Of a stretch of 64,000 nucleotides of DNA, positions 1-12,300 are shown piece after piece. How positions within the stretch are numbered: position 1 is the first letter of the stretch; every line of letters begins with the position of its first letter. Where the stretch lies: assembly GCF_036321535.1 (NCBI RefSeq), contig NC_087436.1, positions 6,510,001 to 6,574,000 on the forward strand, written 5' to 3'. The translations under genes were made by a program, and so were the position numbers. Origin of the DNA: Camelus dromedarius (Eukaryota). Below the pieces are notes generated by a model, which was not told where the DNA came from, searched no databases, and saw only the letters and a list, made by a program, of their open reading frames with translations.

Positions 1-865
1 ATTGAAGTGCTTCATCAAAAATGTTTCTGTTGTTGCAGTTAAAATTATTAAGCATTTTTCCCCAATTGCTTCAATTTCTGACTAATATTTATTTGAATTT
101 TTATGCACTGGAGTAATTTTTCAGTTAGGGTGCTTTAAAAAAATCGTTTATAAAATTTCTTATATTATGAGTGATTTTTGTATGAGATGAGAGTATTCAA
201 AGTAAACAACTGTAGTCATAAAAAATTAATTCCAAGTATCTCTCAAAGCAAGATGCACTTACACCAATATTACGTATGAACTTATACCATGCTGACAGAG
301 CCAGCGCCACCACGCTGTCACCATCATCGACTGTCCCCGGCATCTCTAGAGCTCTGCCAAGTGTTGTAATTCAGTTCTGAGCCTACTGCTACCCAGTCTC
401 TGCTGAAATTATTAATTTCCTGGTCCCACTGCCCGACAAATTCCCAGCGCATCTGTGTATCCAGATACATTTAACACTTCATTTATTGTGGTCAGAAAGC
501 CTTCAAAAACTTATTTAAAAATACATCGACCAACATTTGCACTAAATCCCATTTTCTTAAACTTTTCTATCTCACTGATTCAATCTTTATCTGAAAAGAG
601 CTTGCTATGGCATTTAGGACTAAATAAACTTAATTTTAAAATAAGTAAAAAAAAAATGGATTGAAATGAAGAATTCATTGTCTTTCTTCCCATGTGCTTC
701 AAAGCTTGGTGCATGTGAGTTTGCAAATCCACTCACACCTGAGAGGAACATAAACAGAGAGAGGAAAAGGGCTTTTTTTCCCCCTGTTTAGGCCTGACAT
801 CCAGAAATCATTAATCATTGAGTCTTCTTTATTTAGTGCCAAATGACACATCTAAACAGAGATTC

Positions 866-1732
866 TCAGAGATGGCCAGCAGGCACATGAAAAGATGTTC
901 AACATCACTAATCATCAGAGAAATGCAAATCAAAACCACAATGAGGTATCAACTCGTATCTGTCAGAATGGCTGTCATCAAAAAGAATACAAATAACAAA
1001 TGCTGGTGATGATGTGGAGAAAAGGGAGCCCTCCTACACTGTTGGTGGGCATGTAATTTGATGCAGCTACTGTGCAAAACAGTATGGAGGTTCCTCAAAA
1101 AACTAAAAATAGAACTACCCTATGAGCCATATATTCCTCTCCTAGGTATATATCTGAAGAAAATGAAAACACTAATTGGAAAAGATACATGCACCCCAAC
1201 GTTCATAGCAGCACTATTTACAATAGCCAAGACATGGAGGCAACCTAAGTGTCCCCCACCAGATGACTGGATAAAGAAGAGGTGGTACATATATACAATG
1301 GAATACTACTCAGCCATAAAATATAATGAAATATTGCCATTTGCAGCAATGTGGATGGACCTAGAGGATAGTATGCCTGGTGAAAAAAGTCAGACAGAGA
1401 AGGACAAATACTGTATGTTATCACTTACATGTGGAATTTAAAAAGTGAAATGAACGAATATAACAGAACAAAAAGGAACTCACAGATATAGAGAACAAAC
1501 TAGTGGTTTTCAGTGAGGAGACAGAAGGAGTGAGGGATGAGATGGGGTAGGGGGTTAAGAGGTACAAAGTACTATGCATAAAATAAATAAGCTACAAGAA
1601 TGTATTGTATAGCATAAGGAATACAGTCAATATTTTATAACTTTAAATGGAGTATGACCCATAAATATTTTGAACCACCATGTTGTACATCTGAAATTAA
1701 TATATTATAAATTAATTATATTTTTTAAAAAA
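866..1732 (+). mobile_element. LINE-1 3' fragment (ORF2 C-terminus + 3' UTR)
   Basis: ORF2 C-terminal peptides ([35 protein letters not shown]) with stops and frameshifts, followed by a typical 3' UTR. Confidence 0.9.
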
Positions 1733-2199
1733 GATAATCTTTTGCAAGGTATATGTTTACCTCTTTGAGAAATATATCAGAATCTCCAGAAACACATTTA
1801 TAAAATATATTTGATCATCAAAACCAGGGATACACTTTTAAAGTTTGAGAAACCTTGAATTTATGTGAATTCTATAACAGGCAACTGCTTGTCATACATA
1901 GAATAATGAGTTTGGGGGACAGAAAAGCCAAGGCATGTAACTGAAGAAACAAGCTAAGTGATCGATGGCTTTCAAACTTCTGAACATATTTATAAAATGT
2001 ATTTATTATAACCAATCAATAAAAATAATGAGGCGAAGCTGATGAACACAATAATTTTGAACTAGTGTTTGTAAGCATAGGATTACAGCTGTAGCAATAT
2101 TAGCTTCAACAGAACTTAGGCAAACATTTCTGTACACATATAGGAGTTATAAATGGTCCTAGTTAAAAAAAAAACACTCCCATTGCATAACCTAAATCT

Positions 2200-2652
2200 G
2201 CTTATGATGAAATAAACCAAAATTCAGGAGCATTCACAGTAATTCACCTGCAATTTTCGGAAGTGTCAAGGTCATGAAAGATGAGGAAAGACTGAGGAAT
2301 GACTTCAGTTCAAAGGAAACTAAAGAACTGTGACAAGGAAATGCAAGGAGTGATTGTAAACTGAATCCTTTACTATGAAGGATGTTTTGGGGGCGATATG
2401 TGAAACTTGAATGGGTTCTGAGCTTTAAAAGGCAGCAAGATATCAATGTCAATTTTCTGATCTTGATGGTTCTAATGTGGGGAATGTCCGTCTCATAGGA
2501 GAATGTTCTTTCTAACAGGAAACACATGCCAAAGTTTTTAGGGGTATCTGGTCAGGAACTTAATCTCAAATGGTTCAAGAATGGGGGGAAAATGTTCTTT
2601 ATACTATATTTGCAACTTTAAGTTCGAGATCATCTCGAAATAAAAAAAAAAA
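2200..2652 (+). mobile_element. old LINE-1 3' UTR fragment (L1MC-like)
   Basis: aagtgtcaaggtcatgaaagatgaggaaagactgaggaa resembles a recalled L1MC 3' end; ends in an A-run. Confidence 0.6.
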
Positions 2653-3574
2653 CTTATTTGAAAGATATCACTTACTATTTAAGATTTCAAAAATATTTGT
2701 TGAATCATAATGTTATGAAAATATAGGACTTAATTTCATGATACAATCATTAACGAACTATATCTGCCTCTAAATAGAAATTTTAAAGACAGTACATAAA
2801 ATCAAAATATCCCTAAGAGCAAGTTACTCAGAGAAGAATTTTCAGAACAGCAGCATGAAAACACAGGCAGGTATGTCTAGTTAAAATATCTTCAGACAGG
2901 CACTGTGGCTGAAGGCTGACAATTCACCAAAGAATTTTTCTGAAACCCTTGGTTTTTAAAGTTTGCTCTTAAAATAATCAATAAAAATAAAAAAGTCAGT
3001 CTCAACACAGATCAGTTTATTTAGATACACACTTCAGGTCTCTGAAATGTGTGATGTTCTACTAATGACATCCTGGGGCATACAAATCCTTTGTTTTGAC
3101 TTTGCTTTAATCAATGTGTTGAGAAAAGATTGATAATTTTTAAATAATTTCACAAGTGAGAACACTATTTACAAGAAGCTTCTTAGTACATAGATTTGAC
3201 TATTTCCTTCATCAAATTATGTGCTATGAAACAAGCACAGTAAAAACCTGACCTAGGTGGATTGCTCCCTTATGAGAAATGTCACTTCCCTGTTATTAGA
3301 AGGTCCCACTGTATCTTCCAAAGGAAATAGTCACTTTTATTCTTCTTATGTTTCGATGATAGACCACAAATATGTTTTTACACAATAAGCATTATTGACT
3401 ATTCAAACTATTCTGTTTTTATTTCTTTAAAATTGACTATTATTTTTGAAAGTCCCAAAGATTTATAAACTTGGTAAGGATACTAAGCAATAGGATTATC
3501 TTGGATTCTACCATCTATCTTTGAAATTATATAAATCTCAGGTTTTAAAATGGCATAGCTAATTTATATCGGTC

Positions 3575-3796
3575 TGTACAAAAACCTGTACATAGATGTT
3601 ACTGGGAGCTTTATTCAAAGCTGCCAAAATTTGGACACAATCAAGATGTCCTTAGGTGAATGGATAGATAAATGCTAGTACATTCAGACAATGGAATATT
3701 ATTCAGCAGTGAAAAGAAATGAGTTACTAAGCCATGAAAAGACATGGAGGAACCTTAATGCTTGTCACTAAGAGAAATAAGACAGTGTGAAAAGGA
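3575..3796 (+). mobile_element. old LINE-1 ORF2-end fragment
   Basis: caatggaatattattcagcagtgaaaagaaatgag motif. Confidence 0.7.
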
Positions 3797-4317
3797 CAGG
3801 AACTCTGTTTCATTCAGCGCTCTGTGCACAAAGTCTGGCACAGAACCTCATCCTGAGGAGCCGACCGATGTGTGAGCGAGCAGGGTGCCGTCCTGGCATC
3901 CTTCCTCTTCCTCCTCCTCCAGAACCAGACGAGCCTTGATTCTGAGCCAACAGTCAGGATGCAAAAAAGTCCTGAGTTTTTAAATGACTGGCTAAAAGAT
4001 TTTTGGAGAAGAGGGGAATTGAGCTCAACTGTAAAGTATGGGCAGGAATTTCGTAGGAGATGGATGGCGGGGACAGTCCTGGCGGGAAACCTGACAAGAG
4101 GCAGAGGAAAGAGACTCCTGGCATCTTCCGGGGACACGGAAAAGAACACCCACTGGGGGTGGCGGGTCTTGGAGAGTCGGGGCCGTCGGGCGAGGGAGCA
4201 GCTGGGGCTGCGGTAGGGAGGGCGGCACCCGCAGGGACGGGCGGACCGGAGTTGCAGAGGAGGGGGAAGCAGTCTCAGCAGTGCCTTGTGTGACCCTCTC
4301 CCCTTCCCTCGTCACAG

Positions 4318-4455
4318 TCGCTCCCACGAGTGGGCAGGATGCCCCGTGCGCCCTGGGCTACTTCCCCTGCGGGAACACCACCAAGTGCTTGCCTCAGCTT
4401 CTGCACTGCAACGGCGTGGACGACTGCGGGAACCGGGCGGACGAGGACAACTGCG
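4318..4455 (+). CDS. RXFP1: RXFP1 exon 2: end of signal peptide and LDLa module
   Basis: cag|TC...TGCG|gtgag, 138 nt. Translates [46 protein letters not shown], with 6 Cys and the DCxxxxDE Ca-binding motif. Confidence 0.96.
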
Positions 4456-4473
4456 GTGAGTGCGGCGCCTTGG

Positions 4474-4622
4474 TCACCGCGGGCCCGGGGAACCAGGGGG
4501 CCAGGGGCACATCACAGGGGGACCAGGGGCAAGGGGACCAGGCTAACGTCACAGCAGGACCGGGGGCAGAAGGACGGGGGTTGAGTCACGGCAGGACCAG
4601 GGGCGGGAGGATTAAGGTTAAG
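4474..4622. repeat. degenerate GC-rich minisatellite, 4 units of ~37 bp
   Basis: Units start with TCAC at 4474, 4512, 4549 and 4586; shared core tcacRgcRggaccRggggc. Confidence 0.7.
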
Positions 4623-4730
4623 TCCCTGAGACAGCTCAGAACAAAGAGAAATGTAAAAGAGAAAATGAAGTTGAAATACAAAATGTAGGGCACTTTAAGA
4701 AATCTTACATTTATTTCATTATCCATTCTT

Positions 4731-5231
4731 ATTTTAAAAAGATGTGGTATACACACACACACACACACACACATACACACACACAATGGAATATTACTCA
4801 GCCATAAAAAGAATGAAATAATGCCATCTGCAGTAACGTGGGTGGACCTTGAATATTATACTTAGTGAACAGGCAAAGAAAAACAAATACCATGTGATAT
4901 CACATATGTGGAATCTAAACAAATGATACAAATGAACTTATTTACAAAACATAAACAGACTTACAGACATAGAAAACAAACTCATAGTTACCAAAGGGGA
5001 AAAGGTAGGGAGGAACAAATTAGGGGTTTGGGATTAGCAGATACCCACTACCATATATAAAATAAACAAACCGGGTCCTACTTTATAGCACAGGAAACTA
5101 TATTTAGTACCTTGTAATAACCTATAATGGAAAAGAATCTGTAAGAGAATATATATGTATAACCAAATCACTATGTTGTACACCAGAAACTAACACAACA
5201 CTGTAAACCAATTATACTCCGATAAAAATTT

Positions 5232-5301
<70 letters not shown>
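4731..5301 (+). mobile_element. 5'-truncated LINE-1 3' end with TSD, internal (CA)n and (TA)n tail
   Basis: L1 3' UTR motifs; direct repeat tatccattctt at 4720-4730 and 5302-5312. Confidence 0.85.
4750..4785. repeat. (CA)n microsatellite
   Basis: Directly visible. Confidence 0.95.

Positions 5302-5304
<3 letters not shown>
5231..5304. repeat. (TA)n microsatellite
   Basis: About 37 units with one interruption. Confidence 0.95.
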
Positions 5305-5306
<2 letters not shown>

Positions 5307-6083
5307 ATTCTTTTGTGTATTAGTATCACAGGCAATATTTCAGGGAAGGGGTGGCTTTGGGACATAGTTATGTTTTCAACCCGCAGAATGGTTTAAAGCA
5401 GAATGCGGGCTCCCGGGCCAGGCTGCCTGGTTTGAAGCTGGCACAACAAGAGACTTGGGAAGACATAAAGAATTAGAAGCGCACCGGCGAGCAGCAGGTG
5501 CCACTCAGGTGTCAACCACTGTTGCTTTCCTGCCTCCTGCTCACTACAGCCGTGAAGGAGAGATGAGACCTCCTAACAAGGACAAGAAACAGGAAGCCCA
5601 GCTGGCCTGTCATTTAACCAACAGCCCTATTCATGACCTTATTAAGCCAACAAGCGGGGCGTCTGGCCAATGAAAATATCTGGGAAAACTTGGCTTTCAG
5701 TGGGGATTTTGTTCAAATTTCTGAAGCCTCAAAAGACCCACATGTATAAAAGAACTTGAATTGGCTGGATCTGACTCACTGGAGGAAAAAAATGGGCTTT
5801 GGCTAATAAATGTAAAATAAGGAGATTTCATACTCATGGGGAAATAAAGTACTATTTTTGGAGGACACAGATGAACAACAGTTCTAAGGGCTGCATAAAT
5901 AGCTGATGCCCTGGAGACACCTCGCTGTCATCACTCCCTCAAGAGTCACAGACTTTTTAAGACACTGCCTTGAAGGAATTACACTTCTCGGTCTGGAGCA
6001 CAGACTCTGGGGGTGGCGGTAACTCAGGAGTAAGCTACACTGGCCCTTGATTTGGGTGGCCATGCATATGTGTTTTCTTCTTT

Positions 6084-6131
<48 letters not shown>
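6084..6131. repeat. A-run followed by (TA)n
   Basis: Directly visible. Confidence 0.9.
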
Positions 6132-6134
<3 letters not shown>

Positions 6135-6679
6135 ATCTTGTTAAAATAATTGAATACTACACAGTTTTTATTTTCAAAAAACTAAGATGCAAGTGTCCTG
6201 CCCACTGCCAACCACCTCCCCCTCAAGCTGCCAGCACTTTTGGAGAGAGACACGTGCTCCCCACCAACTGCAATGGTGGCAGGAAACAGGAAGTGGGAAG
6301 TGGAACCCGGGAGGACAGCATACTCAGCCCCAAAAGTAGCTTCTTGGGGAAGAGGGTTTGGGAAGTCTTGCCTTCCTGCTAAGTTTAAAGAGACCAAGTA
6401 ACAAGAGGAACCCTCCAGAATGTCCTAATCCTTCCAGCTGTCCCAGTTTCTTGGGCTCCACTAAGCAGCAAATTCCGATGGAGGCCACACACATTAGAGT
6501 TTCGCCATCAGGCTCCAGAGACCAGGGCATCAGTTTTGGGGAGTCTTCCATGAGATGGAGATAATTAAGAGTGCCTGCATCCCTGAGCTGGTCAGAGGAC
6601 TCGCTGAGATGTTGTGTCTAAGATGCTGAGCCAAGCACCCAACAGATAATCGCCCTCTCTGTAAATGCGAGCTGGTCTG

Positions 6680-7032
6680 TCAGTCACCTGCGGCTGGGTT
6701 CCAGGTTCAGTGGCTTAGCTCGGATTCCGGGGGTTGGCCACCAGGGCTGGGCTCAGCTGAGATCAGCTGCACAGTCTGCTGGCCTCTGCTGGGCTTTCTC
6801 AGTGTCTTGGTGGTGATCTGAGGGTCAGCTTTGGCATCCTGCCTGGGACCTGGGCTGGAACAGCTGGGGACACTGGTACTGCCACCACATCCCTCCCAAA
6901 GCAAGTCACCAGGCCAGCCCTGTCCCAGCAGGGGAAACACCCCCTTCTCCTGCTGAGAGGACCTCCATGTCAACTGCAAGGAGCTCAGGCAGAGGGAGTC
7001 CAGACTGCAGCCACTCTTGCTAATTCTGCCAC
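6680..7032 (-). mobile_element. MaLR (MLT1-like) LTR fragment
   Basis: gggctgggctcagctg, aaagcaagtcac..ggccagccc and terminal tctgccaca resemble antisense MLT1. Confidence 0.55.
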
Positions 7033-8399
7033 AGTTGGTGCTATATTTGCTCTTCCCACAAACACTAACTCCCAGACACTCAGGCTTCCCAGCCGCATGA
7101 CCTTAGGAAGTTCTGTCTGTTAAGCAATTTAAATATTTCCAGGAGCAACCATGATTCATCTGTCTACTTATTGTCTTGAAACAGCAGCTGATAATTGAAG
7201 AAATACTTTTCTACAGTCTTGATTTTGTACTGTTGTGTGTATGTAGGGGTGTGTGTCTGTGTGCGTGTGTGTCTGTGTGTCCTCTTGGTTCTGGGGTAGT
7301 TATTCAGGAGGTGGGTAAGCTTTCCCACATCTCCTAAATGGTTTATTTGGGGGGAGATCAATTATGTAGATTTCTATATTTGGCTGTTAAGCACATTCAT
7401 TACTCTGCATCCTGGTGAATTTTAATAGAGAGAATGTAACTCTAGGGAAAATGTCAGGGTCTATTTCTTTATACTTAGAATTGAATTCTGATGACAGACA
7501 TGGGCATCATGCCTGTGGAAACCGTCCCTAATGGGAACAAAAATCAGGGTGGAGGAGAATCGCTCCATAATTGTTTCTTACCTCCCACCTCTTTGCCTTC
7601 CTCTCGCTCCAGGGTGTCCCCTCTCTGCAGGTCTCAGGCCGGCCCCTCCCTGCCTCTCCGTCTCGTTTCCACCTGCCTCCCACTTCTGTTCCTCCTCTCC
7701 AACCATCCCCAGTCCCTTCTCTTAATGTCTCTCAACTCTGCCTTCTGTTTCATGCTTATCTAGTCTTCTGTCCTTTCCTCTTTCAAACCAAGCCCACCAC
7801 AATATTTATAAATGAGATCTTAATTACTATTTAGCTCACTTCATTAAGTTGGTAGGCTAGTTGTTACAAAGATTTTAACACCTTTACTTCCAAAGGAAAA
7901 AAAAATCCAAGAAGTTGCTTTTCAATCTTACTTAGCTGTCAAAAGATTCCCACCGTCCCTCCCCACACTTGGGCTCAGCAGCCCAGAAAGGTGGTCTTTA
8001 CCTTAGGGTCAGGGGCCTCTTTGAGAATCAAGGAACTCTTCAGGGGGCTCTGTAAATCCCTTGAAAACTAGAAAATGTTGTGTATTTGTGTAGATGTGCC
8101 TTTTCAATGAGAAAAGTGTCCGTATCTTATCAGCTTTGCAAAAGGTTTAGAGCGTTTAAAAGGCAAAAAGCTTCCTTATTCCTGTCATTGGCTAAAACAG
8201 AAATCTAAAAAAAGAAAACAAACAAACACTGTTTCATCCTGAGTTGGAATCAATTTCTCCCAATTAGCACTCCAAATTCACTCATGTAAAATCAGTATGT
8301 TGTGAGTAGTTTAAAAAAATAATTGCACCAATAATAACTTTTCTTTACCTTCTTTGATTTCTTTTTAAAATAGAAACAAAGTTGTAGGAAGATTCCTTA

Positions 8400-8590
8400 A
8401 CCAGGCATCAGAAGGTTCAGGCTCAGATCTTCGAAGTGCCTCTTTCTGTCTGTTGTGACTTGAGTGAATCATTTCTTAGGGTTAAATCCCATTCCTTACT
8501 GGTGAAATTGGAATAATACATTCATTATGAGGATTAAATAAATTACTTGCACAGAAATACTTGTCATATACCAGGCATGCAATAAACCTG
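8400..8590 (+). mobile_element. MIR fragment
   Basis: tgtgacttgagtgaatcatt...gtgaaattggaataata...tgaggattaaataa core. Confidence 0.6.
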
Positions 8591-9202
8591 TGCAGATCAG
8601 ATTATTGACTATATACTTGGAAGTTACTCTGGAATTCACAGCTTCCAGTTCTATGCCAGGAACTGTTTATATTTTATTGGACTCCAAACCAGGGAAGTCC
8701 TAGTTTGTAGGTATTAAGGGAAGTATGAAGCAAGCGGAGACAAGGTAGTGTAAGCAATCTATCCCCAAGGTCCTGTTTGTATGTCATCTTCAGGGTCTCT
8801 GACATGAGCAGGGAATGGTGTGGACCACTAACTTTTATGAAAAATAAATATTCAGAGCATGGATTGAATAACAATTTCTAGCTACAGGTGTATATAAATA
8901 CCTTACATATGGGCAAATAAACAACACTTTGTTTAATTAACTAATACTAATTATTAAAAATACACATGGTATTTGAAAAGCAATTAATGTTCAAAATTTT
9001 ATTAGACAAAAAAGAGTATGATCATTTAAAAATTTTCTTATTTGCCATTGTCAACAGTTAAAAAAGTCCCATGTCCAATTTTGGAAATATGAGGAAAATC
9101 ATAACCCACTCTTATGAAGACATATCTTTGTAACAAATATTATGTAAACTGTCCCTGGTCTTCATATGCTGGAATCACATAACTCTCTTGAAATTCACTA
9201 GA

Positions 9203-9364
9203 CTAGCAGATCTCCAAATGTAGTTCAGGACCAAACCCGTCAGCAGCACCCAGGAAGTTGTCAGAAATGCAGGTTCTCAGGCCCCATCCCTTCTGAATCA
9301 GAAATGCAGCCAGTGACTCCGCAGTGTTTCTGTGAGCTCCTCGTGTCATTCAGATGGACACTAA
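9203..9364. mobile_element. MER5A-like DNA transposon, left part (interrupted by L1)
   Basis: cagcagcacccaggaagttgtcagaaatgcaggttctcaggccccatccc...tgaatcagaaa; the terminal piece resumes at ~13305-13329. Confidence 0.65.
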
Positions 9365-12300
9365 CTAAAAGTTAAGAAGATTCCAAAGGTAGCCAGAGAA
9401 AAATAGAGTTAATTACAAGGGACCCTCCCATAAGGATCTCAGCTGATTTCTCTACAGAAACATTACAGGCCAGAAGGGAGCAGCAAGATACATTCAAAGT
9501 CCTGGAAGTGGAAACCCTGTAACCTAGGACACTTCACCCAGCAAGATTATTATTTAGAATAGAAGGAGAGAGAAAGAATTTCTCAGACAAGCAGAAACTG
9601 AAACAGTTCAGCAATACCAAGCCTATCCTAAAAGAAATATTGAAAGATTTTCTCTAAATAGAAAAGAAGCAAGAATCTATAGGAAAGAGAAAAATCACAA
9701 TTGGAAAGTAAATCACTTAAATAAGCCAGCACACAGATTTTTAAAAACCAAAAAAAATGTTGTGAAAGCAATGATAACTATAATGGACAGCAAAAAGGTA
9801 AATATGAAGATATAAGAGAGGACATCAAAATGTGGGGAATATAGAATATGTTTGAGCCTATATGACTACCAGTCTAAAGCAAGCAGGAATAGTAATGGGT
9901 TCACATACTTGAAAAACAGGGTAACCACAAATCAAAAACATATAATAGGTTCACAAAAAAAAAAAAAAAGAGAGAGAGAACACAAGCATAATACAAAAGA
10001 AAACTATCAAACCACAAAAGGAAAAACAAAAAGGAAAAGAAAGGAACAAAGGAGAAACACAAAATCAACCAGAAAACAAGGTTTAAAATGGCAATCCAAA
10101 CATATATATCAATAATTACCATAAACATCAATGGACTAATGCTCCAATCAAAGACACAGAGTGGCAGATTGTATAATAAAAACAAGAGCCTTCAATATGC
10201 TGCCTACAAGAGACCCTCTTTAGAGTGAAGGACACATATAGATTGAAAGTGAGAGGATAGAAAAAGATATTTCATGAAAATGGAAATGGAAAGAAACCAA
10301 GTGTAGCAATACTCATATCAGACAAAGTAGACTTTAAAACAAAATTCGTAAAGAAAGGCAAAGAAGGACATAAGAGCATACAATGAACAACTACATGACA
10401 ACAAACTGGACAACCCAGAAGAAATGGACAAGTTTTCCAGAAACATGCAGCCTACCAAACTGAATCAAAAAGAAATAGATAATTTGAACACAGTGATCAC
10501 TAGAAGTGAAATAGAATCTGTAATTTAAAAAAATTCCCTGCAAATAAAAGTCCAGGACCAGATGGCTTCACTATGGAATTCTACCAAACATACAAAGAAA
10601 AGCTTACACTGATTCTTCTCAAACTCTTTCAAAAGACTGAAGAGGAGGGAACACTCCCAAACTCATTCTATGAAGCCACTACCACCCTGATGCCAAAGCC
10701 AGACAAAGACACCACCAAAAAAGAAAATTACAGACCAGTATCTTTGATGAATATAGATGCAAAATTCTCAACAAAATATTAGCGAACTGAATCTAACAAC
10801 ACATAAAAAAGATCATACTTCAATAAAAATAGATAAATTAAAAAGTTTTAAAAAAAGATGATACACCACGATCAAATTGGATTCACCCCAGAGTCACAAG
10901 GATGGTTCAACATATGCAAATCAATCAATGTGATACACATCAACAAAAAAAGGACAAAAACCACATGATCATCTCAATAGATGCAGAAAAAGTATTTGAT
11001 AAAATTCAGCATCCATGTATGATTTAAAAAACTCTTACCAATGTGGGTATAGAGGGCACATATCTCAACACAATAAAAATCTTTTATGACAAACTCACAG
11101 CCAACATCATATTTAATGGTGGAAAGCTGAAAACCTTCCTGCTAAAATCTGGAACAAGACAAGGATGCCCACTTTCACCACTTCTATTCAACACAGTATT
11201 TGAAGTCCTAGTCACAGCACTCAGACAAGAAAAAGAAATATATAGAAAACTCCAAAGACTCCACACAAAAACTACCAGAACTGATACACAGATTCAGCAA
11301 AGCAGCAGGATACAAGATTAACATACAGAAATCTGTTGCATTTCTTTACACTAACAATGAAATATCAGAAAGGGAAAGTGAAAAAAAATCCCCTTTAAAA
11401 TCACATCAAAAAATAAAATATTTAGGAATAAACCTGACCAAGGAAGTGAATGACTTACACGCTGAAAACTATAAAACACTAATAAAGGAAATGGAAGATG
11501 AGTTAAAAAAAAAAAAGAACAGAAAGATATCCCATGCTCTTAGACTGGAAGAATTAATATTGTTAAAATGTCCATACTATACAAAGCAATCTACAGATTT
11601 AGTAGGATCTCAATCAAATTACCCAGGACATTTTTCACAGAACTAGAACAAATCATACTAAAATTTATATGGAACCATAAAAAGACCCAGAATTGCCAAA
11701 GCAATCCTGAGGAAAAAGAACAAAGCTGGCGGAATAACCCTCCCAGACTTCAGACAATACTACAGAGCTACAGTAATCAGAACAGCATGGTATTGGCAGA
11801 AAATCAGACATACGGATGGATGGAACAGAATAAAGAACCCAGAAATAAACCTACACACGTACAGCCAATTAATCTTCAACAAAGGAGGCATGAGTATATA
11901 ATGGAGAAAAGATAGTCTCTTTGGCAAGTGTTGTTAGGAAAGCTGGACAGCAGCATGTACATCAGTGACATTAGAACAGTCCCTCACACCACACACAAAA
12001 ATAAACTCAAAATGGCTTAAAGACTTAAATATAAGATATGACCATAAACTCCTAGAAGAAAACATAAGCAAAATATTCTTTGACATAAATCATACTAATA
12101 TTTTCTTAGGTCAGTCTCCCAAGGCAATAGAAATAAAAGCAAAAATAAACAAATGGGATCTATTCAAACTAATCAGTTTTTGCACAACAAAGGAAACCAT
12201 TAACAAAATGAAACGACAACCTACTGATTGGGAAAAATATTTGCAAACGATGCAACTGACAAAGGCTTAATTTCCAAAATATACCAATAGCTCCTACAAC

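Larger units (their letters stand above)
4060..4625. promoter_or_regulatory. GC/CpG-rich island spanning exon 2
   Basis: Dense CpGs and G-runs against an AT-rich background; function not demonstrated. Confidence 0.6.

Noticed and set aside
4474..4622. CRISPR-like repeat-spacer array
   Set aside because: Eukaryotic intron; units are degenerate along their whole length, with no constant repeat/unique spacer structure and no cas genes.
3814..4688. Overlapping 77-135 aa ORFs around exon 2, including a GTG-initiated ORF that could look like an alternative N-terminus
   Set aside because: They are by-products of high GC content. Only 4318-4455 has splice sites and LDLa homology, and the ORF in the exon's frame starts at GTG, not ATG.
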